Part shown: in pieces, positions 31,691-41,922 of the stretch
How the letters are laid out: every line of letters starts with the position of its first letter
How positions within the stretch are numbered: the stretch's first letter is position 1
Assembly (NCBI GenBank): GCA_963803705.1
Contig: CAWDNU010000004.1
Coordinates: 864,001 to 928,000, forward strand
From: an uncultured Pseudobdellovibrionaceae bacterium
GTDB lineage: Bacteria > Bdellovibrionota > Bdellovibrionia > Bdellovibrionales > UBA1609
Reading direction: 5' to 3'
DNA: 64,000 bases
Notes under the pieces: model-generated
Told to the model about the DNA's origin: nothing
Database searches by the model: none
What the model saw: only the letters and a program-made list of their open reading frames with translations
Program-made: the position numbers and the translations under genes

Positions 31691-32497
31691 TCAACGTGAA
31701 AGCAAGTTTGAATAGAAGTTATTACAACTTAATTCATCGGTTTGTGGAAGACGATCTACATGATTAACTAGCATCGCTTCAATATGATCGCCTACCTCTA
31801 CTATTTGTTTACAGCCGCAGTAGACGCGGTCAATTTGGTTTCTAAGTTCTTCTTTTTTGCTTTCTTCCGACCATTCTCTTCTAGTTTTGCGTGGCATCGT
31901 GCTAAGTTGTCTCTTCATTTCATCTATAAGATATCTTTGAGTTATATGGTTATTCACCTGATCGTTAACTAGTGGTAAATTATTTGCAAAAGTTTTACTT
32001 GCTGCCACACCCATATGTTTAGGTTGATCTAGATCAGATTGAACCTTTGGTCTGTAAGATGACCAAGTTACATACCTGCCCGGGCGATTAGGGTGAGGCA
32101 CAGTTGCTCTCATCTTCTCTATTTGACCTTCATCTTTTGATTTTAAAAAGCCAGAATACCTAGGGTTTGGAACTACAAACCTAGCTTCACGATTCGAAAT
32201 TAAATAAAATCCGTATTGACCGTTTTTTCGTGCAGCTAGTGTCCAAGCGCTTTCAGCTGTTGGATTTAGTTCGCCCAAAAGCCTTCTATTTTTATCTAAA
32301 ATTGGAGATTTATATATGGAATTTAGGCAATTTACTTCATCACTAAAATCAGAAAGGTCTTCTGAGGGCGCACTTCTGGACCTAAAAGTTGAGCCTTCTA
32401 TGCCGACTTCCTGTGCTGACATTGAAGATGCAAAGACCAATTGTAATAAACCAACAAAGAATAGAAAACTTGTGAATTCTTTTTTAAGATACATCAT
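31691..32497 (-). CDS. Hypothetical secreted protein
   Basis: 268-aa ORF with signal peptide; C-terminal SCNNFY. Confidence 0.65.
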   Translation of the reverse strand: MMYLKKEFTSFLFFVGLLQLVFASSMSAQEVGIEGSTFRSRSAPSEDLSDFSDEVNCLNSIYKSPILDKNRRLLGELNPTAESAWTLAARKNGQYGFYLISNREARFVVPNPRYSGFLKSKDEGQIEKMRATVPHPNRPGRYVTWSSYRPKVQSDLDQPKHMGVAASKTFANNLPLVNDQVNNHITQRYLIDEMKRQLSTMPRKTRREWSEESKKEELRNQIDRVYCGCKQIVEVGDHIEAMLVNHVDRLPQTDELSCNNFYSNLLSR

Positions 32498-32614
32498 TCA
32501 TATACGATAGCTAACGGGGTCACAACTTGGACAGTCTAGATTTAGTAGTTGATCTTTGAACTTGATTCAAATACCAATTCTAGACTAAAATCTATGGATA
32601 TTACCGCTTTTAGA

Positions 32615-32622
32615 GCCGATAA
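32615..32622 (+). promoter_or_regulatory. Putative sigma28 -10 element
   Basis: Consensus GCCGATAA 6 nt before ATG 32629; -35 not evident. Confidence 0.4.
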
Positions 32623-32628
32623 ATCCCT

Positions 32629-33246
32629 ATGCTATTCAGTTTTAAAAAAAATCCTTTATTTATCCCCTCATCTCAGGTTCCTGCTAGAAACTTTATCATA
32701 ACGATATTTATTTGTAATTATGCTGTCACGGTAGTTCCATTGCTTTATTTTTTGTATAAGAACTACTTAGTGCTAGATGAAATTGGTTTCAAATTTTTCC
32801 CAACTTTGCTTGACGTAAATTCAGCGGACAAATTCATGCTGATTTGCTGCCTAGTATTCACATTTGTTACTGGTTTAGTTATTCAGCTTTACGCTCAACG
32901 CTATTTTTTAAAAAAAATATATAGCCCAATCGATATGGTGCAATCGCACATTTCCAAACTCACCTTGGGGAATTTCGACCAACCTAAACTGCCCATTAAG
33001 CGCGAACAGTATGTATTAGAGCTTATTAGAAGTTACAATTATCTGTACGGATCACTTCAGACTAATATAAAAAGAGACATTACTTTTTTGAAAGCCTTAG
33101 AGGAAAATCACGATCCCAAATTAGCCCGAGTGCTTATGTTGGAAAAAATTGAACAGTTAAGTTTAAATCCTTCAGATTACACTTTAGAAGTTTCGGTGAA
33201 AAAGACTAAGAAAAAGTCCTTAGATAAAGATTCTCAAGCTGCCTAA
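32629..33246 (+). CDS. Membrane protein with 2 TM and HAMP-like segment
   Basis: Two TMs followed by SPIDMVQSHISKLTLGNF...ELIRSYN. Confidence 0.65.
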   Translation: MLFSFKKNPLFIPSSQVPARNFIITIFICNYAVTVVPLLYFLYKNYLVLDEIGFKFFPTLLDVNSADKFMLICCLVFTFVTGLVIQLYAQRYFLKKIYSPIDMVQSHISKLTLGNFDQPKLPIKREQYVLELIRSYNYLYGSLQTNIKRDITFLKALEENHDPKLARVLMLEKIEQLSLNPSDYTLEVSVKKTKKKSLDKDSQAA

Positions 33247-33280
33247 AATTTTTTTTAAAAAAGCTAGTGCGCTTTCTCAT

Positions 33281-33729
33281 TCAACGTAGCTTGAAATCTT
33301 TTCTTAACTGTCGTTCAACGTCTTTATTTTTAATAGACTGTCTTTTATCGTGTAGTTTTTTGCCTTTGCCTAGTCCGATCTCTAATTTTATACGACCACC
33401 CTTGAAGTACATCTTTAAAGGTACTGCCGTTAAGCCTTTCTCGTCTATCTTTCCACGAATTTTGTTAAGCTCATCCTTGTGTAGTAATAACTTTCTAAGC
33501 CTTTCAGGTTCGTGGTTGTTATAGCTACTAGCATTGAAAGGTTTGATGTTGGCACCTTGAAGAAAGGCCTCCGAATTACGAAAAGTGATATAGGATTCTC
33601 TTAAGGCAATGTTGCCATCCCTAATAGATTTAACTTCGCTGCCTGTTAACACAAGGCCAGCCTCGAAAGTTTCTGAAATCTGGTAGTTGAAACCGCTTTT
33701 TTGTTATCAACTATAATCTTTATTCCCAT
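33281..33729 (-). CDS. smpB: SsrA-binding protein SmpB; apparent 1-nt frameshift near codon 11-12
   Basis: MGIKIIVDNKK from ATG 33729 joins GFNYQISETFEAGLVLTGSEVKS...KLLLHK...HDKR if one base is added at the A6 run (33697-33702). Confidence 0.92.
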
Positions 33730-33733
33730 AATT

Positions 33734-34546
33734 TTATAAACTACCTCTGTTTTCACAAAATAGGTAGAGCTCTTGGAAATTAGCAGGCGTAAGCTCTTCA
33801 GCGCGCATATCTAAGCTCAAATCGTTTAAACTAAAAAACTCTTTAAATTCGGCTAAGCAATTAATTTTTTTTGCTTTGTTAGATATTTTTTTTCTTCGCT
33901 CCAAGAAGCAAGATTTCACAAACTTGGTGTATTTTATCCGAGTTTGTATTTTAGAAACCTTATGTGCAAAAGTTAAGACCTGACTATCTACTTTAGGTCT
34001 AGGGTTAAAACAATTAGGACTGACAAACACCAACTTCTTAACAGTCCAAAAACTTTGAGCTACAACTGATAAAAAGCCGTAGGATGAATTTTTTTCTTCG
34101 CTGATAATACGATCAGCAACTTCTTTTTGAAACATCAAAACCATGTGCTCTGCTACACTAGCTTCTGACATTTCGATAACAATCCTAGACGAAATTTGGT
34201 AAGGTAAATTTGAAACTAGGCCCATTGGTTTTGTAACTTCAGTCCAGTCAAATTTAAGGGCGTCACATTCAACGACCTGTAAGCCCTGCTCGCGCCAAAA
34301 GTTTGCTAAAACAGAATCTAGCTCAATAACTTTTACTAAATTATTTTTCAGATCATCCGTTAAAGACCCCAACCCAGGTCCGATTTCGATCCAATTTAAA
34401 TCCGCTCTCTTTTGCACAAAGCTTACAATTAGATCTACAATTTTTTGATCTACTAAAAAATTTTGACCTAAAGACTTTTTCGCTCTCTGACCAAGTCTGT
34501 TTAAACGCTGGTCAATTTTTGACCTTAAGTCCAATGAATCCATCAA
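33734..34546 (-). CDS. rsmA: 16S rRNA dimethyladenosine transferase
   Basis: KKSLGQNFL, EIGPGLG, NLPY, QKEVA, PRPKVDS. Confidence 0.97.
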   Translation of the reverse strand: MMDSLDLRSKIDQRLNRLGQRAKKSLGQNFLVDQKIVDLIVSFVQKRADLNWIEIGPGLGSLTDDLKNNLVKVIELDSVLANFWREQGLQVVECDALKFDWTEVTKPMGLVSNLPYQISSRIVIEMSEASVAEHMVLMFQKEVADRIISEEKNSSYGFLSVVAQSFWTVKKLVFVSPNCFNPRPKVDSQVLTFAHKVSKIQTRIKYTKFVKSCFLERRKKISNKAKKINCLAEFKEFFSLNDLSLDMRAEELTPANFQELYLFCENRGSL

Positions 34547-34548
34547 AT

Positions 34549-35613
34549 TTAATCCTTAGTTTTTTCGTAAGTGAAGTCACTATCCAGGGACCTTGGCATG
34601 GGGGCCAAAACTTGATCAGACGTCTCGCCGTTAAGAAAACGCCTAAGTCCAGCGAAACCTATCATCGCTGCATTATCTGTGCAGTATTTCAGTGGAGGTA
34701 TCAAAACTGGTACATTTAGCAGGTCTGATAACTCACTAGCTTTCAATCTTAAGTAGGTGTTTGCACTGACCCCACCTGTAATTGCCACTGATTTGTAAGT
34801 TCGCTTCATTAAGACTGTATTTAGCTTTTCAAAAAGAACATCAACAACGTCTTTTTCAAATGATGCACATAAATTAAAAATTTCAGATTCAGTTTGATCT
34901 GGTGACATTGTTTCAAGTAAACGAAGTGCAGATGCCTTAGTGCCTGAAAAACTGAAATTTAGACCTTTATTTTTTAAGCCTTTCGGAAAGTTGTACTTTA
35001 GTGGATCACCACGCCTGGCCCACTGATCCAATTTAGCTCCCCCAGGAAAACCAAGCCCCAATTCCTTTGCAAACTTGTCTAAAGCCTCGCCAGCAGCGTC
35101 ATCAATACTTCTACCCAAAATATTAAACTGCCCCAAAGTATCAATTTCGCACAGGTGTGTATGACCACCGCTTACAGCTAAGACCAACGCTGGCCAAGAT
35201 TCATCTATAGAGGATATTGGTGCGTAAGTTTCATCTGTAAGCCAAGGTGCTAATAGATGTCCCTCTAGGTGGTTAACGCCAATAAATGGAACGTCCCAAG
35301 CTATAGATAAAGTTTTTGCCGTCACTATTCCAACTAACAGTGAACCAATCAGCCCAGGACGATTGGTCACGCAGATTATATCAATGTTGTCGGATGTTAG
35401 GTTTTTAGATTCCAATAGACTTTTTATAAGCGGCAGTAGAACTAAAGTGTGATTTCTAGACGCTATTTCCGGCACAACACCACCAAATGGCAAATGTTTT
35501 GCATCCTGGTTGGCGCTTAGCTGTGACAAAACAAATCCATCTGACCTGACTAAGGCCACAGAAGTGTCGTCACAACTGGTCTCAATAGCCAGTCCAATTT
35601 TTTTGATATCCAT
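34549..35613 (-). CDS. tsaD: tRNA N6-adenosine threonylcarbamoyltransferase
   Basis: IETSCDDT, GGVVPEIASR, NHLEGH, VSGGHT, DNAAMI. Confidence 0.97.
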   Translation of the reverse strand: MDIKKIGLAIETSCDDTSVALVRSDGFVLSQLSANQDAKHLPFGGVVPEIASRNHTLVLLPLIKSLLESKNLTSDNIDIICVTNRPGLIGSLLVGIVTAKTLSIAWDVPFIGVNHLEGHLLAPWLTDETYAPISSIDESWPALVLAVSGGHTHLCEIDTLGQFNILGRSIDDAAGEALDKFAKELGLGFPGGAKLDQWARRGDPLKYNFPKGLKNKGLNFSFSGTKASALRLLETMSPDQTESEIFNLCASFEKDVVDVLFEKLNTVLMKRTYKSVAITGGVSANTYLRLKASELSDLLNVPVLIPPLKYCTDNAAMIGFAGLRRFLNGETSDQVLAPMPRSLDSDFTYEKTKD

Positions 35614-35615
35614 GC

Positions 35616-36299
35616 TTACAAATTGTTTAACCTAAATTTCGCGAATTTAGAAGCTTTGGACTTGGGGTATAACTTAACTACATTAGTAAAAAAGGTTTTG
35701 GCTTCAGATTTCAAACCCAATTCCTGAAAACAGACTCCTATTTTATAGGTCACGATCGAGATCTCGTCTGATTTTGGGTTTTTCTTGCGGTAGAACTCAA
35801 ACTCTTGAGCAGCCTTTTCCCATTTACCTTCGGTGAAAAGCTGATCAGCTCTTTCCAAATCGCCTGTGGGCTGAGTGCTTGCCTCATCTCTAGCGGTCTT
35901 CGCTGCCTTCATTTGAGCCTCTTGGCTTTGTCGAATTTGATTTTTCAACATATCTTGCTGAATGGACATTTCGCTAATTGCTTGCTCAAGATTTTTTACG
36001 CGATCAGAGTCTGCTTGTCCGCTGGAGCCTGATTTTGTCTCAAGCTCTTCTATTCGGCCTAACATTGTTCTGAACTGTTCTTCGTAAGCCTTCAGTTGAG
36101 TTTCTAACTCTGCGACTTCCTGACTTTTCTTGATAGGACCTGTAATTGGTTTTGGTGCATTATAGGTCTTAGGCACATTATACCTAGAAGACGAAGGCTC
36201 GTTTTCGGAAAGCTGAGAACGAGTCACAACGCAGTGGCTTAAAAGCAATAAACTTAAACTCATCAACATTGCCTTCAAAAAAATGTTCCGTGAAATCAT
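35616..36299 (-). CDS. cpoB: CpoB/YbgF-like coiled-coil plus TPR lipoprotein
   Basis: Lipobox LSHC, coiled coil, C-terminal TPRs ending YPKS; downstream of pal. Confidence 0.75.
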   Translation of the reverse strand: MISRNIFLKAMLMSLSLLLLSHCVVTRSQLSENEPSSSRYNVPKTYNAPKPITGPIKKSQEVAELETQLKAYEEQFRTMLGRIEELETKSGSSGQADSDRVKNLEQAISEMSIQQDMLKNQIRQSQEAQMKAAKTARDEASTQPTGDLERADQLFTEGKWEKAAQEFEFYRKKNPKSDEISIVTYKIGVCFQELGLKSEAKTFFTNVVKLYPKSKASKFAKFRLNNL

Positions 36300-36607
36300 A
36301 AAACAATTTCTCCCTTTTTGTATTTTTTAACTCTAGCCCTAACTTCTGCTTTCTCAGCTAGAAATCGACTTTTTATAAAATATTCTTTAGCTTTATCATA
36401 GTTTCTTTCATCAAAAAAATTAAGAGCTTTTTCGTAGGTCTTCTTATACTGAAAGGAAAGTTTTGGCTCTAAACGTTCGGCCTGGGCCCGCTTTGCATTA
36501 TCTATAGCGGTGATCGCAAGGACGTATTCGTTTTTCGGTGGGACGCCTGCACACGCAAAAAAAACCGTTGTCAGGGCATAAAAAAAGAGAGCTTGAAAAT
36601 ATCTCAT
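36296..36607 (-). CDS. Small helical lipoprotein (DUF4398-like)
   Basis: Lipobox FFAC, Ala-rich helices, AEKAE. Confidence 0.6.
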   Translation of the reverse strand: MRYFQALFFYALTTVFFACAGVPPKNEYVLAITAIDNAKRAQAERLEPKLSFQYKKTYEKALNFFDERNYDKAKEYFIKSRFLAEKAEVRARVKKYKKGEIVL

Positions 36608-36630
36608 AGCTCTCTTAGTTTGATTTAGAA

Positions 36631-37167
36631 TTACTGAAGTGGCAAGAAATTAGCTCTTCTATTCTTAGAATGATCTGATTCAGAATCACCGTAAGCTAAA
36701 AGTTTTTCTTCACCATAGCTGATTGTCATCATTTGAGATGGACTTACACCAATGCCTTTTAAGTAATCTTTTACTGCTTTCGCGCGTCTTTCGCCCAATG
36801 CTAAATTGTATTCAATAGATCCTCTTTCATCAGTGTGTCCTTCTATTTGCACATTGACGTTAGGATTTGCATTCATCCAAGCGGCATTGTCACTTAAGAT
36901 CTGTTTTGCTGCAGCTGATAAGCTTGAATTGTCATAAGCGAAACTAACAGTTTTTAACCCAGGTATAGAACCTGTGTCACTTCCAGTTGCACCCGCATTC
37001 ATTGGAGAGTCAGACATATTAGTAGCGTCCAACACACCACCTTGGGCTAATGGATCTCCGCCATCTGCTGACAACGATGTGTCATCTTCTGCTTTCTTTT
37101 TGCTCGAACAATTTGTGATTGATAAAGCCATTACTGCTACTAACATTGCTGTTAAAAATTTTGTCAT
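36631..37167 (-). CDS. pal: Peptidoglycan-associated lipoprotein
   Basis: Lipobox, EGHTDERGSIEYNLALGERRA, SYGEE, NRRA. Confidence 0.96.
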   Translation of the reverse strand: MTKFLTAMLVAVMALSITNCSSKKKAEDDTSLSADGGDPLAQGGVLDATNMSDSPMNAGATGSDTGSIPGLKTVSFAYDNSSLSAAAKQILSDNAAWMNANPNVNVQIEGHTDERGSIEYNLALGERRAKAVKDYLKGIGVSPSQMMTISYGEEKLLAYGDSESDHSKNRRANFLPLQ

Positions 37168-37198
37168 GAACTACCCCCATAAAGATTAAGACAGTACA

Positions 37199-37226
37199 AT
37201 TCTATGACGGCTGTTGCATAAGTCAA
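37199..37226 (-). promoter_or_regulatory. Putative sigma70 promoter of the pal operon
   Basis: TTGACT-N16-TAGAAT on minus strand upstream of pal. Confidence 0.55.
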
Positions 37227-37258
37227 TCCGTTATTACTATTTTTATAAAGGATTATGA

Positions 37259-40114
37259 ATGGTATTTATCAAACCCTTTGCTTTATTTTTTCTTTCAATT
37301 TTAACGCTGTCTGCGGCAATGGCTGAAAGTGATAGCTGGAAGACTCTAACAACGCCTCATTTTAAAATCATTATTGCAGATAAGTTTCCAAAACAAGAGC
37401 AACATATAGCAAAACAAGCCGAACGCGCCCTAGACCAGCTTCGTAGTATTTACTCTGAATTTCCCAAAAGTAAAATCTTGATTGTTGTTGATCACAGAAC
37501 TAACGCCTCAAATGGTTCTGCTACTCACTTTCCCTATCCACATATTATTATTTACCCAGCATTGCCAACAACCTACTCTTCAATTGGTGAATATAATGAA
37601 TGGGTTTATGAACTTATTTTGCATGAACTTGTCCACTTTCTAACCTTTTACCCCAACCATGGAATTTATAGGCCAGTGCAGTGGCTGTTTGGAAATCTTT
37701 TTGCTCCTAATTTTATTCTTCTACCTTCTTGGTTTCATGAAGGCTTAGCCGTAAGTCTGGAAACACACCTTTCCACTGGTGGTCGGATGCGCTCTGAACA
37801 TTATAAAGAAATGTCAAAAGTCTTAGCCCAAAAACTTAAAACCGGCGAAGAAAACTTATCCTCGATCAACGAACGCTCTACCCCTAGCTTTCCATATGGA
37901 CAAAGACCTTACTTTTTCGGCTCTTTGGTTGTTAATGAAAGCACCAAAAACCAATCCGCTGATAGTCTAAATCAAATGATCCAGGGCTTTTCACGCGCTA
38001 TTCCCCCATACAACATTAATTCAAGCGTTAAAAAAAACCTAAATCAAAGCTTTGTAAGCGCCAGAAAGGCGATTCAGATCCCAAACCAGGTAAACCAAGA
38101 GACAGAAAAAAAATACCAAAAAGAGTTTATCTTCGAAGGACATTCTCCGATTTGGTTGAACAGTAAAAGTTTTTTGACTCTAAGAACAACTCCAAATTTG
38201 TTCCAAGAGATTGTTCAATACGACTTAACCGAATTCACTAAACCTAAAAAAAAGGTCTTAACCAGCTTACTGGGTGCGGAAAGAATAAACCTATCTTCTG
38301 ATTCCAATAAATTAGTTTTTACTCAGCTGTTTCCCTACCAAAAAATGTATAATACTACTGATATTTTTATATACGATTTTAAAACCAAAAAACAAAAGCG
38401 ACTTACTTTTGGAGCTAAGCTGCGCGACGCTGCATTTTCTAAAAGTGTTGAACAAATTGTCGCTGTCCAAACAAATCTTACTAATACAAGACTTGTTAAA
38501 TTAAATGTCTCAAAACCAGAAACAATTACCCTTTTATACCGTCCCCAGAATATTGAGACTAGAATTACTTCTCCAAATTTTATAAATAACGATACGGAAA
38601 TTATTTTTTTAGAAAAAGAAGTTGGACAACCGACAAAACTAAAAATTTTAAATGTTAAATCAAACTTAATTACGGTTTTAGATTTTGCCGAGCATTTTGA
38701 AAAAATTTTTTGGGTTGAAAATCAAAAAGATCAGTTAGTGGTTCATGCTAAAGAAATTTCCAAACCTCGACAACACTATGTTTTAGACAAAGACTTTCAG
38801 CCCACACAAATCACTTTCGATAAGATTGGCACTCGCAGTGCGGCCCTGAATAAAAAACAGGTGTTAGTGACTCACCTAAGTTCGAAAGACTATGTGACTG
38901 CTTGGTACCCTGATTTTAAAAGTGAGACTTCTGCAGATTTAAATGACTACGATATAAGGCTTAGTAAAAATCTTTTGTTTCAAGATAAAAACGCACCTGG
39001 TCTAAAATCTAAAAAAACAAAGATCAAAGAACTTGAATACTCTTTTTTAGACTATATGCTGCCTCAGTACTGGTTTCCATTTATTACCCCCAACTACGGC
39101 GGCTTTAGCAGCGAGTTTTCAACTAGCATCTCTACTGGGTCTTCGGATCCGCTGGGGATCAATTCCTACTCGGCAAATTTAAGGCAAGATACGATCTCAA
39201 ATCGGTTGAGCGGAGGTGTTAATTTTTTTCACCAAGATAAGAATCTGGTTTGGGGGTTATATGCAAATCAGTTTGAATCACCTTTGAATGAAGAGTTTTC
39301 TAGAACTATTCAATCCTTAGCAGTTTCTACTCGTTACGATTTTGGCCACGCAAGAAACCTAGGCCACGCGTTAACCATCTATTTAAGTCACACTGATGCC
39401 AGGCTAGAGTCTATTCAACAGATTAAATCGTTTGGACCAGAATTGACTTACAATTTCAATTCTTTAATGCAAGCTCCATCAGAGCTAGTACCTGGCTTAG
39501 GTCAATTTGCAAATATTTCAGTTTCACACTTTCTAGATATAGATAACTATTTTTCATACAATTTTTTAGATGCCTATTACGAAGCTTTTTTTTCAAGATA
39601 CAAAATTATACCCAAACAAACTTCACTAAAAGTTTTTGGGAAGGCTTTAGCCTCTGACCAGGTGCTGCCCACAGTTTTCAGTCCTGTAAACTTAAGCGGT
39701 TACTTCATGAACTCTAGACAGCAGAGCAGTTTTGTAATTCGAGGCTACCCTTCAGGTGTTTTTCAAGCCAATGAAGCCGCCTACACCCTGGGACTTGAAT
39801 ACTATTTTCCAATCTTCAACGTGTTTAGCGGACCAGAGTCCTTACCCGTATTTTTTCGACGACTTTACGGAACTTTAGTTGCGGATATGGGGAGTTTTAA
39901 AGGTCGAGTTTTTGATGGAGCTTCTGCTAGTTTTCAAGATCATAGTTTTGAAGAAACTTATTACGGAGCAGGATTTGAACTTCACCTAGACCTTACGGTT
40001 GGGCACTATGTCCCACTAAAACTAAGCCTCGGTGTCTACAATGCACTGAACCCGCTTGACGGAATTGAGCCCACTCAAGTCTTTTTTAACTTTACAACAC
40101 CAGCGCTACCTTAA
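37259..40114 (+). CDS. Large outer-membrane protein: zinc-peptidase-like N-domain, beta-propeller, C-terminal Omp85-like barrel
   Basis: Signal peptide, HELVH...WFHEGLA, propeller-like repeats (KRLTFG), IRGYP...LEYYFP barrel motifs. Confidence 0.75.
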   Translation: MVFIKPFALFFLSILTLSAAMAESDSWKTLTTPHFKIIIADKFPKQEQHIAKQAERALDQLRSIYSEFPKSKILIVVDHRTNASNGSATHFPYPHIIIYPALPTTYSSIGEYNEWVYELILHELVHFLTFYPNHGIYRPVQWLFGNLFAPNFILLPSWFHEGLAVSLETHLSTGGRMRSEHYKEMSKVLAQKLKTGEENLSSINERSTPSFPYGQRPYFFGSLVVNESTKNQSADSLNQMIQGFSRAIPPYNINSSVKKNLNQSFVSARKAIQIPNQVNQETEKKYQKEFIFEGHSPIWLNSKSFLTLRTTPNLFQEIVQYDLTEFTKPKKKVLTSLLGAERINLSSDSNKLVFTQLFPYQKMYNTTDIFIYDFKTKKQKRLTFGAKLRDAAFSKSVEQIVAVQTNLTNTRLVKLNVSKPETITLLYRPQNIETRITSPNFINNDTEIIFLEKEVGQPTKLKILNVKSNLITVLDFAEHFEKIFWVENQKDQLVVHAKEISKPRQHYVLDKDFQPTQITFDKIGTRSAALNKKQVLVTHLSSKDYVTAWYPDFKSETSADLNDYDIRLSKNLLFQDKNAPGLKSKKTKIKELEYSFLDYMLPQYWFPFITPNYGGFSSEFSTSISTGSSDPLGINSYSANLRQDTISNRLSGGVNFFHQDKNLVWGLYANQFESPLNEEFSRTIQSLAVSTRYDFGHARNLGHALTIYLSHTDARLESIQQIKSFGPELTYNFNSLMQAPSELVPGLGQFANISVSHFLDIDNYFSYNFLDAYYEAFFSRYKIIPKQTSLKVFGKALASDQVLPTVFSPVNLSGYFMNSRQQSSFVIRGYPSGVFQANEAAYTLGLEYYFPIFNVFSGPESLPVFFRRLYGTLVADMGSFKGRVFDGASASFQDHSFEETYYGAGFELHLDLTVGHYVPLKLSLGVYNALNPLDGIEPTQVFFNFTTPALP

Positions 40115-40293
40115 AATCTACTGAGACATGGCCAGGTTTTGAAGTTTATCTCTTTAAAAGCCGGGTGAAGTATCAACCGACCCCTGTACAACGCGCCGCT
40201 GCTATTTCTCTAATTTCGATCATTAAACCCACTATGCTTGACTTTCAGGCTCCCACAAAAAAAAATTAAGATTGAAGAAAGAGGGGGCCACAT

Positions 40294-40800
40294 TTGGATC
40301 AAGATAATATCGATTGGATCAAGGATTTAGTTCGAGGCGAACAACAGATGGAAGAAGCTGGAATCGTTGATTTCTCTCCGGCCTTTGACCCTGCAAATAT
40401 TTTGCTCAAGGGTACAGTTGAATTTCTTCAAAATATTAAGTCTCAATTTATTAGGTCAGCCACCGTTTTCAATCAGCTTCGCGGGGGCTCTCAAGGTGTA
40501 ATCAAAGTTTATGGTATTTCTAAAACTCACTCTGATTTTATGCTTTTTAGGAATGGCTATAAACTAATTTTTTCGATGTCTGAAGCGGGCAAAATATTAA
40601 TTCAGTTCCATCATATGGCAACGCCGTTTATGTCTGAGAGTAGCTCCAAGAGCTCGGGACCAATGACTGCACATAGCGCCTTAGAAGCGCAATGGGGCGC
40701 TTTCGGTGAATTAGTCTGGACTAATAAAAACAAGGCAGTAAACGAAAGATATTTAGTCAGATACTACTTAAAGCACTTTGTACACAATAGTACTAAATAA
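40294..40800 (+). CDS. Hypothetical cytoplasmic protein
   Basis: 168-aa ORF, GAGGGGG RBS before TTG. Confidence 0.7.
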   Translation: MDQDNIDWIKDLVRGEQQMEEAGIVDFSPAFDPANILLKGTVEFLQNIKSQFIRSATVFNQLRGGSQGVIKVYGISKTHSDFMLFRNGYKLIFSMSEAGKILIQFHHMATPFMSESSSKSSGPMTAHSALEAQWGAFGELVWTNKNKAVNERYLVRYYLKHFVHNSTK

Positions 40801-40871
40801 ATTACAATTAGTATAAAATTTACTATATTTTTATACACTTCCCTGGCATCTTTCATGAGCTAGGAGAGTGC

Positions 40872-41405
40872 TTGATGGTTAATTTTAGAGCTTCCTTATT
40901 CTTTTTTTTACTTTTGACATCCGTGAATTTGTTAGCCTCCCAAGACGACTCTAACACTTTGCAACTTATTAAGTACATAGAAGACGTTTCGACCCTAAAA
41001 TACAAAGGTGAAGAGCTTCCCGAAATAAGATCTGTAAGTCCCGGCATGATAATGATTTACCACTATGGAGAAGCCCGAGTAGCCAAAGCCGATTACAATG
41101 GCGAAAGACTAATGCCCATCACCGGAGCTTACGATCATGAGCGAAATATAATCTACATTAGTAACCAATATGATTTAAATTCTGAAAGTAGCTTACCAAC
41201 TAAAATTCACGAGCTGGTGCATTTTATGCAAAATATCAATGGAATTACAAAACAATTTAACAGTTATAAAGACTGCTTAGAGGGCGAAGCTTACGATATA
41301 CAATACACTTGGCAACACGAATTCAAAATTTTGATCGAAACGGCACCAAGCTACCAATTGATCATATACAACTATATGAAGTGTGGTCAGCAGTTTGGAC
41401 AATAG
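40872..41405 (+). CDS. Secreted HExxH-motif protein (putative metallopeptidase-like)
   Basis: Signal peptide, GAYD...IYI, HELVHFMQ...EGEAY. Confidence 0.7.
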   Translation: MMVNFRASLFFFLLLTSVNLLASQDDSNTLQLIKYIEDVSTLKYKGEELPEIRSVSPGMIMIYHYGEARVAKADYNGERLMPITGAYDHERNIIYISNQYDLNSESSLPTKIHELVHFMQNINGITKQFNSYKDCLEGEAYDIQYTWQHEFKILIETAPSYQLIIYNYMKCGQQFGQ

Positions 41406-41435
41406 AATTCAATTTGGATGTTCGAGATTAAAAAA

Positions 41436-41915
41436 TTATTTCTTGCTCGAATGAATTTTTTCAGACATTAGAACAACATCTTTAAAAGTCTCTATTCGGA
41501 TAGGCTCACTTAGGTCAATCTTTTTTAAGTTTTCCCTAGCCTCTAAAATTCTTTTTGTAACTCCAAGACTCGGCTTTTCGAAGTCGATTATTTTTTCCTG
41601 ATTTTCGAAATCAGCTATTGAACCAAATCCTTTAGCTGAAAAATTTTTGGCGTCTTCTAATGATAAAGTTCTAACTAGCGTTGAACTTATCTTTTCCTGA
41701 ACTTCTTTTGTCTCATCTGCATCTTTGCAAGCTTCAACTAAGGGAAGTATTGAGTCCTTTTTAGCTAAATCCAATAGATCTTCCAAAACGGTAATTTTTT
41801 CGGATATGATTTTTTCAGTTTTTTTAGCTTCAGCTAGCAAACCCTTTTTATTATAAAACATTATCCAAAACATCAAACTTGTGAATATTAAAAAAGACTG
41901 TAGTAAGATTTCCAT
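41436..41915 (-). CDS. Hypothetical single-TM protein
   Basis: N-terminal TM plus coiled coil. Confidence 0.6.
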   Translation of the reverse strand: MEILLQSFLIFTSLMFWIMFYNKKGLLAEAKKTEKIISEKITVLEDLLDLAKKDSILPLVEACKDADETKEVQEKISSTLVRTLSLEDAKNFSAKGFGSIADFENQEKIIDFEKPSLGVTKRILEARENLKKIDLSEPIRIETFKDVVLMSEKIHSSKK

Positions 41916-41922
41916 TCATAAA

